Source: an uncultured Nitrososphaerota archaeon
Lineage (GTDB): Archaea; Korarchaeota; Korarchaeia; Korarchaeales; Korarchaeaceae
Assembly (NCBI GenBank): GCA_964618805.1
Contig: CAZUBM010000001.1
Coordinates: forward strand, 127,910-191,909
Length of the DNA stretch: 64,000 bases
Direction of reading: 5' to 3'
Of the stretch, positions 49,632 to 60,075 are shown piece by piece; position 1 is the stretch's first letter; each line of letters starts with the position of its first letter. The notes under the pieces are model-generated. The model searched no databases. It was given only the letters and a program-made list of their open reading frames with translations, and had not been told where the DNA came from. A program made the position numbers and the translations under genes.

Positions 49632-51302
49632 ATGTTTGGAGGGAGGAAGGAGAGGGAAGAGCTCTCTAAAGACATCAAAGGGGCTTTTAGCCTTAACTTC
49701 TTGGAGATGCTCTTTCTTCTTGGAGTTTACGTCGTAGGGTTGCTCCTGAGGCTCCTTCCAAGGCTTGAAATCGACAGTCACATGCTTACGTTTCAGGGAG
49801 ACGTTTGGTATAGGGTTTGCATGGCCCAATATATAAAGGACCATAAGGCTCTTCCTGAGCCAGACATAAGGTACAGGCCCTATGGATACGTTCCAATGTG
49901 GTATCCGCTCCTTTCCCCCATTCTCCTTGCGCTTGGAAGCTGGATAACTGGCTTGGACATACCGACCGTATGTTCTAGAGTCTTGCCATTCTTCGAGGCT
50001 CTCTCGCCCCTTACAATGTACTTCTTAGGAAGGATCCTTTACGACAGGCTTACAGGAGCCGTCTCAACTTTAATGTTGGCTTTAACACCTTCATTCGTCT
50101 ACTTCACTGGTATAGCGGATCCTCAATCCTTTACAGCCTTCTTGATTCCAGTAATCATGGTGATATGGCTTCTTCAGGCAAAGAGCCCAGATTTGAAGAA
50201 GCTAATCATTACGAGCCTGATCCTAACAATTGACTTCCTAATGCACCTATCGTATTTCCTTGTAATCTGGGAGATGTTTATGATAAGCTTAGCCCTTTTT
50301 TTACAAGGGCAGGCTCAGAGAAGGATTTTTAAAGATCTTTTATTCGCCGTTGGCACATCACAACTCCTTACATCTCCTTGGTGGCTTCCTAGGAACCTTT
50401 ACTGGTGGTGGATAAAGGTACTGGTTACATCCAGCGGGCTTTATCCCTTAGTCTCTCACATAAGTTACTACGGTCTTTTTGCATGGATTGTGGGAGCCTT
50501 CTCGCTCCTACTTTTGGCAATTAAAAACCCAAAAAGGCACCTATTCGTTTTGTTGTGGTCAATTCCAACCCTTATAGAGTCAAACAACGAGCTTATCCTC
50601 TCAGCCCTTGGTCTTGGAAGCCTTGCATGGGAAACTCTAGCCAAACCCTTGGAAGGCTTCAGGTTCTTTCCCTTCCTAGCCCAACCTTTCTCTTTAGCAA
50701 CAGCAGTTGCTTCTGTTGGGCCTGTAAAGGGTAAGAGTGTACATGATAGGAAGATACTTTGTTTAATAACTGCTGTGCTGATGCTGGGGCAAGGAACCAA
50801 CCTGTATTACTACAACTTGCCTCTAAGGTTTCAACTTTCTGGGCTGATAGTAGAGGAGTATGAGGCAGCTCTCTGGTTTAGAAACAATACTGGGCCAAAT
50901 GCAAGGATAGCTGCCGATTACTACAGAGCTCAGATGTTTGCAGGAGTATGTGGAGGTAAGGCATTAATAGGAGGAGTCTTTCCCCTAAGGAACGTTGATT
51001 ATCCCTACATAAAAGCCCCAGGAAGGGTCCAAAACGATCTGTACATTTTATACAGCACAAACAGCCCTCTAGTAGCATACAACATAGCTAAGCGCTATAA
51101 CATCACCCACATCTTTTATTCGACTAACATGGAGCTTTATGGCAACCTTCTTTCTTCATACAAGCCAGCTCACGAATTTGGGGTCGATATAAACAGGGAG
51201 AAATTTAAGGACAAAGAGTTCTTCGAAATAGTATACAGGAGGAAGGCGAAGTTCGGAGAAGTATGGATAATAAGGGTCCGTGGAATTCCGGAGGGCCCTT
51301 AA
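49632..51302 (+). CDS. GT-C-type polytopic membrane glycosyltransferase (PMT/STT3-like)
   Basis: First luminal loop FQGDVWY, YP.L.P, many TM helices, RFF.F, C-terminal A.WFR.NT...IAADY...YNITHI soluble domain. Confidence 0.75.
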   Translation: MFGGRKEREELSKDIKGAFSLNFLEMLFLLGVYVVGLLLRLLPRLEIDSHMLTFQGDVWYRVCMAQYIKDHKALPEPDIRYRPYGYVPMWYPLLSPILLALGSWITGLDIPTVCSRVLPFFEALSPLTMYFLGRILYDRLTGAVSTLMLALTPSFVYFTGIADPQSFTAFLIPVIMVIWLLQAKSPDLKKLIITSLILTIDFLMHLSYFLVIWEMFMISLALFLQGQAQRRIFKDLLFAVGTSQLLTSPWWLPRNLYWWWIKVLVTSSGLYPLVSHISYYGLFAWIVGAFSLLLLAIKNPKRHLFVLLWSIPTLIESNNELILSALGLGSLAWETLAKPLEGFRFFPFLAQPFSLATAVASVGPVKGKSVHDRKILCLITAVLMLGQGTNLYYYNLPLRFQLSGLIVEEYEAALWFRNNTGPNARIAADYYRAQMFAGVCGGKALIGGVFPLRNVDYPYIKAPGRVQNDLYILYSTNSPLVAYNIAKRYNITHIFYSTNMELYGNLLSSYKPAHEFGVDINREKFKDKEFFEIVYRRKAKFGEVWIIRVRGIPEGP

Positions 51303-51440
51303 AACGGTTTTCAATTACTCCTATTCAAAGAGCGTTTTAGTCGATTAATCCGAAAATCAGAGGCAACAAGATGTGCATATCATGAACACATGTAACCTTT
51401 ATCTAGGAGAAATCTAATAGTCTGGAAGCCTAGTAGATGG

Positions 51441-51899
51441 GTGTCTATAATGACGGCAAGTGAGAAGCAATCGATGTCTGCTTTCTTGGACAAAAGGAAC
51501 GTAATAGCGGTTGTAGGTGCGACGATAAATAAAGAGAAGTATGGATACAAGGTTTACAAGGCTGTGAAAGGTTCTGGTTTCACCGTTTACCCGGTTAATC
51601 CAAAATATAGTTCAATAGAAGGAGAAAAATGCTATGCTTCGCTAAAGGACCTTCCTCAAAAGCCAGATGTCGTGATAACCATTGTTCCTCCAAAAGTTAC
51701 TGAAGAGATAGTCAAGCAATGCAAAGGATTGAAGATAAGTAGGGTATGGATGCAACCTGGATCTGAATCAGAAGAGGCAATCTCCTATTGCAAGAGAGAT
51801 GGCATAGAAGTAATTCATCATGCATGCTTCGTTGTTGATGGTCTAAAAGGGTCATTTGACGAGAAAATTGCTGCTCCTAAGTGGGAAATCCCAAAATAA
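51441..51899 (+). CDS. CoA-binding protein (YccU-like)
   Basis: IAVVGAT...KYG.KV, VYPVNP, VWMQPG.ES.EA, AC. Confidence 0.92.
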   Translation: MSIMTASEKQSMSAFLDKRNVIAVVGATINKEKYGYKVYKAVKGSGFTVYPVNPKYSSIEGEKCYASLKDLPQKPDVVITIVPPKVTEEIVKQCKGLKISRVWMQPGSESEEAISYCKRDGIEVIHHACFVVDGLKGSFDEKIAAPKWEIPK

Positions 51900-51905
51900 A
51901 GGGCT

Positions 51906-54900
51906 TCACTCCTTTATCGAGGATCTTATCTCTCGATAAACCTCTTCTATCGTCTCCTGATATTCAGCTCTTCCTTCCTCCACCATCGACATCTTCTCTT
52001 CGAGGATTTTTGTCCTCTCCTCGCTGATCAATTTTGGATAATTCTTTGTGAGGAAGTCATAGACCATGATCCCTAACTTAGTGGGAATCAACTTTCCCCC
52101 TTTCTCCACCACATACCTTCTCATAAGGAGTTTCTGTAGTATGATAGCATAGGTGGATGGCCTTCCTATTCCCTTTTCCCTCATGACTGCAATAACTTCC
52201 CCTTGAGTGTAGAGGGGGACCTTTGAGATCTTTCTATGCTCAATTCTTACCAAAACTTCTTCCTTGAGGGGCTTTTCTATTCTAACTTTGTATGGGTAGA
52301 TAAAAGTCCAGCCCGGGACTATGGCCTCGACATATCTCTCCAAATCAACTGATGCTCCTTCTATGAAGATTCTTACCTTCTGCTTCCTTAGCCTAGCTTC
52401 CTCGCTCATTGAAGCCATGAACCTTCTGAATATCAGATCGTAGAGCCTTAAATGGCCCCTTGTGAGATTTACTTGAGGCCTCAGAATGCCTTCCTCGACG
52501 TATCTAATCAGATCATCTAAGGCCATAGGCTTAGTCGGACGAATGCACTCATGAGCTCCCCCTTTCTCCCATACTCTTGGCCTAAACTTCTCCCCAAGAA
52601 ACATCCTTGCAACCCTAAGGCCTGCATCAGATACCCTGTGGCTGTCAGTTCTATGATAGGTAATGAGACCGGCCTCAAATAGGTTTTGAGCAAGATCCAT
52701 GGTTTCAGAGGTCCCCAACTTAAGAATCCTGTTGGCTTCCCTCAACATTTCATCGGTTGTAAATGGAGGTGGAGGAGATCAACGATCTCCTCAGCAACGA
52801 CTTTCACCTTAGCGCTGGTTTTTCCAGGCTTGCCTATCCTTCCTTCTATCCTTAGACTTATTCCATCCCCCTCAATAAGCGTCATATCCTTTTTCTCAAG
52901 ATGTTCCTTAAATCTCTGGATTACCCAACCAAGAGCAGGTGTTTGGACTCTCCCAGCAGAGAGATTTCTGTTCCTAAATACTCTTTGGAGAATTTGACTT
53001 AACTCAAATCCTATCCATCTATCCTCTATTCTCCTAACTATCTGAGCCTTTACCCTATCCTCTGATATATCCTTAAGTTCAGATAAGGCCCTAATTATTG
53101 CAGATTTAGTGACTTCGTGAAATTCAGCCCTGAATACTTCCTTGGAAAATGGTTTTATGAGAGCTGCTATATCCCAAGCTATTTTCTCTCCCTCCACGTC
53201 GGGATCTGTGCCTATGATAACCCTCTCATTCTCAAATGCGAGCCTCCTAAGTATACGTAAAGTGCGCTTTGAGTCAAGGATATCGCTTGAGCCACAAATT
53301 GGACATTTCTCTCCTTCCGTAAACTGATAACCGCAAACCTGGCATCTCTTCAAAGTACAGTAAACTGGCACGAAGAGGTCGTCCTCAACTAACACTCCAT
53401 GATATCCCTCCTTAGTTGATAGATCTACAACGTGCCCTCCTGTCGCGACTATCGTCACAAGCTGGTTCCCTGTAGAGAACTCATAGGCCGGTAAGCCCTC
53501 AATGTTCCGTCTGCTTGGCCTTCCAAAGAAGTTTGCAATCGTTCTAGCCTTATTTGGGCTCTCTACTATGAAAAGAAGGGTTTTAGGCATCATCTCAGCT
53601 GGAACCCTCTTTTCTCTTAGTTCACGGATCATCTTCCTATGCGCATCTATCTCCTCTCTAAGAGACCTCAAATCAACTTGGTCAATTTGCTTAAACTCCA
53701 CGTCAAAAACGCTAGCTCTCTTGACAAATGCGTTTAAGAGAGATCCTTCCTCAATCAAAAAAGCTGCTCCCTTAGATAGACCACCCGGGAATAGTCTGGA
53801 AGTCCTTCCTGAGCCTTGAATGTAGGTCCTTACGTCAGGCAGAAGTAGCTTGAGGCCATCCTCATACTTTATCACCACATCCCTTAATCTCGAGAGTTTC
53901 TCCAGGAGTTCGCTGTTGGAAAGAACTTGAAGCAGAAGATCTCTTGCCTTAACGAGATCTTTCTCAACAAAACGGCCACTTCTAAGTTTAAGTGATAGAA
54001 GCTTGAATTTCTTGCCTAACAAAGGAGAGATTGTTGAAAGGATTGTGCCGACAGCTCCTGGACTTGCTTCATCTAAGTTCTCTAAAGAAAACTCGAAATA
54101 AGGAGCTCCATAGAATATAGCGTATCTTATCCTCTCAGGAAGGTCTAACCCTCTGACCAACACTCCATACGGTTTAGCAGCTCCTACAAGAGCATCTAAC
54201 TCACCAGAAGCAAATGCCCGTATGCTGGCCTCTCTTGAACCCGAAATTCCCTCAACTCTAAGCCCAACAGACTCTAGGGCATCGATAACTTCATCTACTA
54301 ACTCTAACCTCGGAACATAGACGAGGGCTCCCCCTCCCATCTCCTCAACTATCTTGGATAGAACTTCCTTGCTTTTCTCTGGGACCTCTATGTCCTCTAC
54401 GTTCCTAAGAATTCCTTCCCTCAATACCCCTATATCGAATCCAAGAAGCCTTCTGGACAAAATGGCTCTTCTGCCAGGCCTGGCAGTTGCTGATGATAGC
54501 ATTATAACGCCCTTAGGTCTATCTATCCCATCCAAATCCACAGTTCTTAGGGCCGATTCCACAACATCCTTGGGAAAACCAAGCAAGACTAGAACTCTGT
54601 CGACGTTCCTTGAGTTCTTTAAGAGAGAATCGACATCATCTACAAAAATGAATGAGAACTTGTTGTTTGCCAAAATTTCAAATCTTCTCGCTAAAAACTG
54701 AGATGTTATTATAAGTACGTCAAAATCTCCTCCTTCTATCTTCTTTAGAAGTCTTTCCCTTTCCTTCAACTTCTTAACTCCACCGTAAGCTATTATTCTG
54801 AGTTCAAGGATCTCCCCTCTTAGCGTACGTGATGGCCCTCTCCTCTGCCTGCCTAACAAGGAGGACCGTCGGAACAACCACTAAGCTCTTTCCCAAACCT

Positions 54901-55182
54901 TTACTTGAGCAAAAAATGGACATGACTATGCCAAAAACCGTTTTTCCGATGCCTGTTGGAGCAATTGCAGCAAAACTTTGCTGTTGTAGTACTCTTTTTG
55001 CCCAGGAACGTTGTGCTTCCCACAGTTCAAATCCTGTGCATTTTTCAAAAGGAACAAAATTCGTCAAACAAACTTATGAGGCTACCAAGCTCATTTTCAG
55101 GCGAGCACCTTCTATCTAGCTTGTGAGTAATTAAGTCGAGCTCGTAGCCTGGGCAAAGCTTCTTGTAGACTGCTGGTATCAT
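51906..55182 (-). pseudogene. rgy: reverse gyrase, interrupted by three frameshifts
   Basis: ATG 55182 MIPAVYKKLCP; APTGIGKT, DDVD, SSAT, QGSGRTSR helicase motifs; VESPNKA Toprim; CQVC/CPIC Zn finger; ITYHRTDS active site. Frame breaks near 55048, 54810 and 52775. Confidence 0.92.
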
Positions 55183-55232
55183 CGCTCGTAAGTATATCTA
55201 TGTCCTTAAAATTTGAACTTCATTGCTGCATC

Positions 55233-57299
55233 TCAGGACAACGAAATTCTCTCTATGATCCCATCTCTCATTTCTACCCTTGTGTCAGCATATTTGAGCA
55301 CATCTTCTTGGTGACTAATCACAATCACCTGCTTAAAAGACTTCTTCAGGTTCCTTGCCATGAGTTCCATGATTTTCTCCCTTCTCTCCGAATCGCTAGA
55401 TGCAAGCACTTCGTCTAGAAATAGGAATTCTGGATGAGCTCCTCTAACGCTTGGGACTAGGGAAAGTGTGAAAGCAAGGCGCATTGCAAGTAGAATCTGA
55501 TCCTGAGTCCCCCCACTGAAGTAGCGAAGCTCCTTATATTCACCAGCGCTGGAATCGTATACAAACACCTCATAACTCTCGTTTACGGCAACAGCAAGGT
55601 ATCTGTTTATCGTTATTACCGGAAGGATTGTCGACATCCCCTCACTAACAGCAGGAATAACAGCCTTTCTTGAGGCTTCGGCAGACTCTTTTAGGAGTTT
55701 AATCGCATATTTTACGATGTTAAGCTTTCTTTCAAGCTCTTCAACCTTTTTCCGCTGCTCCTCAATTTTCTCCTCTAATCCAACGTTTTTCTCAAGATAC
55801 TCCCTAATACTACCTACTCTCTCCTCTAACTGCTTTAATTGACCTCTTCTATTCCCTAATTCTTGTGTCCATTTCCTTGATTCCCTCTCAATTTCTACTA
55901 AGACTTCTGAAGAGAATTCAGGGACCTCTGGAGGCAATTCAGGTCTAATTAACGATTCTAAAGAGGTTTTGATCCCATCAATTTCCTCCACAAGCTCATT
56001 CCTCTCTTCCTCAAGCTGTTCTATCTCTGAAACTATCCTCTTCTCCTCCTCAAGAAATTTATTGATCTCACGATATTTTTCAGCAGCCGCTCCAAGCTCT
56101 CTTGCCTCTTCTAGCAAATCTGCCCTTTCTTTTCTCAGCTGTCCAGCCCTTGCATGCATTTGTACGCCGTAAAGGGCTATAACTAACCCTATTGATAGGA
56201 TTGTAAGATACTTTATTCCTGAAATTATTGCCAATGGAATCCCAACTAAAGTTATGATTATTCCAATGAGTTCGAAGGGTCTTGCCTTTCTTTCTGACTT
56301 TTGTGCTTCTTTCTCCTTTGAATCTGCTAAATCTCTGATCTCCCTTAGCCTCAAGGAAGCATCCTCAAACCTTTTTCTAAGTTCTATCTCGCCCCTAATT
56401 TCGGACAATCTAAGCCTTTTTTCCTCAATTCTATGATCTATCGTTTCTAATCTTTTCAAGTTGGATTTTAACTCAGTTTCTAATTGTTGTTTGCTGCTAA
56501 CATACTCTTGAAACTTCCTAAGCGAGGCTAGTTTGGAGTTAAGGCTTCTTACCTTGCTCTCTGCGTAAGCTATCGAATTTTCCTGATCTTCAGATCCTTT
56601 TAACATCTGAATTTTGAGAAGGACTTCTTCTAACTCTTTCTCTCTGCTTTTATACTCCTCTAACTTTGTCCTTAGGCGTTCTAGTTCTTCTCTAGCTCTT
56701 CTAAGCTCGCCTGGTGTTTTAACAGTCCCTTCAAGGCGCTTTCTCTCTTCATTAAGCTCTTCAATGGCCTTATCGAAGCTTTCTCTCATCATTATCCTAT
56801 CTATAAGCTCTCTCCTATCCCTCCTCGTCTTCTCCTTTATTCTTGCCAAATCCTTTTGCATAACGAAAATTGTGCTTCTTGCCTCCTCTGGACCCATTCC
56901 TCCAAGCATGTTTGAAATTTCGACGTCAACAGCCTTCTTTCCGCTTGCTATAAGCTCTCTCCTATCCCCTCTTAGCCTAAAAAGCCTTGCAGTGCTCTTT
57001 ACTCCTCGCGCATCCTTCTCAATCGTTCTTAATACCTCGTATTTTCCGTCCTCTGATTCAAATCCAAGCCTAAGAAAAGCTCTGGTCCTTCCATATGAGA
57101 GATAATCTTCCAGCTTAGATTCTGTTTCCATAGGTCTACCGAAGAGAGAAAAGAATGCAGCCTCCATAACGCTAGTCTTACCGCTTTCGTTTGGACCCCT
57201 TATCCCTATGATGCCATTGGGAAATTCTAGCCTGAAAGGACCTTGGCTACCTCTCAAGTGTTTAAAACCGCTTGCCTCTAAGTAGATCAGCTTCACCAT
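55233..57299 (-). CDS. rad50: Rad50/SbcC/SbcE-like SMC ATPase with a central transmembrane hairpin and no zinc hook
   Basis: Walker A GPNESGKTS, Q-loop FVMQ, signature FSGGTQDQ, Walker B FLDE, ISH. Two coiled-coil arms flank a ~40-aa hydrophobic segment. Confidence 0.88.
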   Translation of the reverse strand: MVKLIYLEASGFKHLRGSQGPFRLEFPNGIIGIRGPNESGKTSVMEAAFFSLFGRPMETESKLEDYLSYGRTRAFLRLGFESEDGKYEVLRTIEKDARGVKSTARLFRLRGDRRELIASGKKAVDVEISNMLGGMGPEEARSTIFVMQKDLARIKEKTRRDRRELIDRIMMRESFDKAIEELNEERKRLEGTVKTPGELRRAREELERLRTKLEEYKSREKELEEVLLKIQMLKGSEDQENSIAYAESKVRSLNSKLASLRKFQEYVSSKQQLETELKSNLKRLETIDHRIEEKRLRLSEIRGEIELRKRFEDASLRLREIRDLADSKEKEAQKSERKARPFELIGIIITLVGIPLAIISGIKYLTILSIGLVIALYGVQMHARAGQLRKERADLLEEARELGAAAEKYREINKFLEEEKRIVSEIEQLEEERNELVEEIDGIKTSLESLIRPELPPEVPEFSSEVLVEIERESRKWTQELGNRRGQLKQLEERVGSIREYLEKNVGLEEKIEEQRKKVEELERKLNIVKYAIKLLKESAEASRKAVIPAVSEGMSTILPVITINRYLAVAVNESYEVFVYDSSAGEYKELRYFSGGTQDQILLAMRLAFTLSLVPSVRGAHPEFLFLDEVLASSDSERREKIMELMARNLKKSFKQVIVISHQEDVLKYADTRVEMRDGIIERISLS

Positions 57300-58453
57300 C
57301 CACCAGCCTCCCTGAGGGCATTAACAGCTAGTCTGTAGGCCTCATCAATGAGCTTTCTCTTATCCTCAGATTCCTCTTTAGCAATAATTTCCTCATAAAT
57401 CTTGCTTAGCATCTTAATTGGGCTTGCAAGACTTATTTGAGGCGCTGAGAAAGCATCCGGATACTGAAACTCCTCCTCAAACTTGAGATCGAAGAAGAGT
57501 TCTCTTGCCCTTGCTAGAATCTGATCCTTCGCATAAGTAGTCCTTATCTCAGGAAGCATGGCTCCCCTGATCCTTAGCCTAACAATCGCTTCCTTTGGGA
57601 CTTTCGAGGATGCTTCTTCAAGCAAGGATATTATCTTCTCAGTTAGGTTCTCCTTACCCGAGATCCCATATTCGATCGTCACCATGGGCTTTGTTGGAAG
57701 TTCAACCTGTTCTATCCTTTTTACCCCATTTTCATCTGCTTCTATTACTGTGAACCCTTTTTTCTCCTTTTCCTCGGAGAAAGAAAGCCTTTCTATGGTC
57801 CCAACGTAGCATATGGTTGGATCTCCCCACTGAACCGTGTGGACGTGCAAGTGGCCTGCTATTACAAGATCAACTTCCTTAGGTATGCTTGTCCTTCTTA
57901 TGACGTGCCTTTCCCTGCCTGGCGGGGCAAATCCCTCGATGACGTCATGAATCATAAGTATGTTCAAATCAGCATCAAATTCTCCCAATATCCTGACGTT
58001 TTTCAAGGGATCAGCTCCTTCCTCTATGATAAAGGGATTGAAGCCAATTCCACCTAATGCTACGGAGACTCCATTAACTTCGAACTTTTCCACCTCTATC
58101 ACATCTATTCTATCAAACAACCTTAGAAGGCCTGCTCTAGAGTAGACGTGAAGAGGAGTAGGCATTCTTCTGGTCTTAGGTCTGTCGTGATGACCTGGTA
58201 CAGCGTAAACCCTGACTCCAGCCCTGTTTAAGGTCCTCAATTCCTCTGCAAACTTTACTAAAGTTAAAATCCTTGGCCTCACTCCATCAAAAACATCTCC
58301 TGGCAGCAGAAAGAGATCAGCTTCCTTTTCTAATGCATATTCGACGGCCTTTCTAAAGTTCTCGTGAAAGTCCTTCCTTCGCTCTTCCTGAGAGCTAGGA
58401 GCCATCCAACTGAAAACGGGGTCTAGATGGGACTCTAAGGCGACTATTAGCAT
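57293..58453 (-). CDS. mre11: Mre11/SbcD-family metallophosphoesterase nuclease
   Basis: ESHLD, PGDVFD, PGHHD, MIH, AGHLH, Y.GTIER.SFSE..EKKG motifs. Confidence 0.9.
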   Translation of the reverse strand: MLIVALESHLDPVFSWMAPSSQEERRKDFHENFRKAVEYALEKEADLFLLPGDVFDGVRPRILTLVKFAEELRTLNRAGVRVYAVPGHHDRPKTRRMPTPLHVYSRAGLLRLFDRIDVIEVEKFEVNGVSVALGGIGFNPFIIEEGADPLKNVRILGEFDADLNILMIHDVIEGFAPPGRERHVIRRTSIPKEVDLVIAGHLHVHTVQWGDPTICYVGTIERLSFSEEKEKKGFTVIEADENGVKRIEQVELPTKPMVTIEYGISGKENLTEKIISLLEEASSKVPKEAIVRLRIRGAMLPEIRTTYAKDQILARARELFFDLKFEEEFQYPDAFSAPQISLASPIKMLSKIYEEIIAKEESEDKRKLIDEAYRLAVNALREAGGW

Positions 58454-58464
58454 GTGATAATCAC

Positions 58465-60075
58465 CTATCTTTTAGTATCCCAATCGTCCCCTCTAGGCAT
58501 GTCAACATCTCCGAGGCTTTCTATCTCTGCTTCCTCCCTCGCTGCCCTAAGCCTCTGTATCACATCGATGTCTGCTCCTCCCTCCTTAGATCTCCTTCTC
58601 TTTATCTTCACAGTAACGGGTACTCTAGTGAATTCACCAACTAAAACAGCTTCACCGACGTTTAATCCTGGAAGATCCCTTAGGAGTTCCTCACTTACTC
58701 TCTCAGCAGCTGCTCTGACAGCTTCTTGATCTCTAGGGTTTACCATTGAAAGGATTATTTGGTTCTGACACATGCTAAGGCTATCAGGATCTATCTTGCA
58801 TGGTCTCTGACTTATCAGCACTAAGTAAATTCCAAATTTCCTCCCTTCACTAGCTATGACATTCACTATCCTTTTAGAATGGGTTTGTCTATCTGCTGGA
58901 ACGATCTTATGGGCCTCTTCTAACACCAGAAATACGGGATATCTGAATTTACCGCTGGAAACAGCCCAGTAAATGTCAGAAAGCACTTTAGTTGCGGTAA
59001 AATCAAATGCATACCCAGTAACGCCTGAAAGGTCGATGACGGAAACGTGCCAAGGCCTTAGGATGTCATGCCAGGGTGTTGTGCTTTCTCCAAATATAGG
59101 CAAACCTAGGAGCCTTTGTCTAACCCTTTCTGCAGCAGATGAGGCCGCTAAACGTAGTCTGTTATCTTTTTCCTCTTCAGCCATTACGTTCAGCCTTTGT
59201 ATGAGGTCAGAGGCAGTATAACTCCCCTTGTTTTCTTTGAGAAAATCAAGTGCTTTGGAAATAGCTCTCCTTATATGAACGGATGACTGAGGTATGTCTA
59301 ACATGCCAAACAAGTCCTCAGGTTCCAGATCTGCGAACCTAATCGTGAACTCATTTACCTCGGCTAATATTTGTGATGGTGAATATCTGCCAGTGCTTCC
59401 GGGATTTCTAAATATGGTAACTCTCTCAACGTACTCCATCGGTCTACCATCTTGAGTCTGGCCGAGGAAGACGTAATCAGCATGAGGATCAAGTATCACG
59501 ATAGTTGCTCCCTTCCTCATCAAACCCTCAACTAGAACGGCTGCAGTATTGCTCTTTCCAGCACCAGTTGCTGCCAATATCGCGAGATGTCTCCTCAAAC
59601 CCTGAACAGAAATCGAGACAGGAACTTCTGGCCTAGTTATCAAGCAACCAAGCTCTATACTTGCCTCTCCATATGAAAAGAACTCTTTTAGCAGGCTGGA
59701 GGGAGCTCTATATACTACCTTTCCAGGAACAATCGCCCTCCTTGGTATTCTTACGTTTCCGTCCTTTGATAGATATCCTAAGACCCTTGCCTGAGCATAT
59801 GCTACCCTTCTATCAACCCCCATGTCAGCAATTCTCTCAACTGCTTGGTGATCTGTCGTAGGTTGAAGCACCATGCTGGCACTAACCGGCTTTTCTACCT
59901 GAGCGAGGACGAAAACTCTCTCCATACCTCGAGACGTCCTCTCATAGGATTCAACTATAACATATTCCCATCTCTCTGGAGGGCCAGAAGAAGGATCGCA
60001 GGAGAATATGAAGCTAGTAGGGGTGGCCTCCCCCACTATCCTTCCTAGAACATCGAGCTCAGATAATCGAAACAC
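58465..60075 (-). CDS. herA: HerA bipolar DNA translocase/ATPase
   Basis: HAS-barrel N-terminus, RHLAILAATGAGKS, DPHADY, LEEAH, EGRKFG, SQRP. GTG start at 60075 after a GAGGTGA RBS (the ORF track starts at 60147). Confidence 0.93.
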   Translation of the reverse strand: MFRLSELDVLGRIVGEATPTSFIFSCDPSSGPPERWEYVIVESYERTSRGMERVFVLAQVEKPVSASMVLQPTTDHQAVERIADMGVDRRVAYAQARVLGYLSKDGNVRIPRRAIVPGKVVYRAPSSLLKEFFSYGEASIELGCLITRPEVPVSISVQGLRRHLAILAATGAGKSNTAAVLVEGLMRKGATIVILDPHADYVFLGQTQDGRPMEYVERVTIFRNPGSTGRYSPSQILAEVNEFTIRFADLEPEDLFGMLDIPQSSVHIRRAISKALDFLKENKGSYTASDLIQRLNVMAEEEKDNRLRLAASSAAERVRQRLLGLPIFGESTTPWHDILRPWHVSVIDLSGVTGYAFDFTATKVLSDIYWAVSSGKFRYPVFLVLEEAHKIVPADRQTHSKRIVNVIASEGRKFGIYLVLISQRPCKIDPDSLSMCQNQIILSMVNPRDQEAVRAAAERVSEELLRDLPGLNVGEAVLVGEFTRVPVTVKIKRRRSKEGGADIDVIQRLRAAREEAEIESLGDVDMPRGDDWDTKR

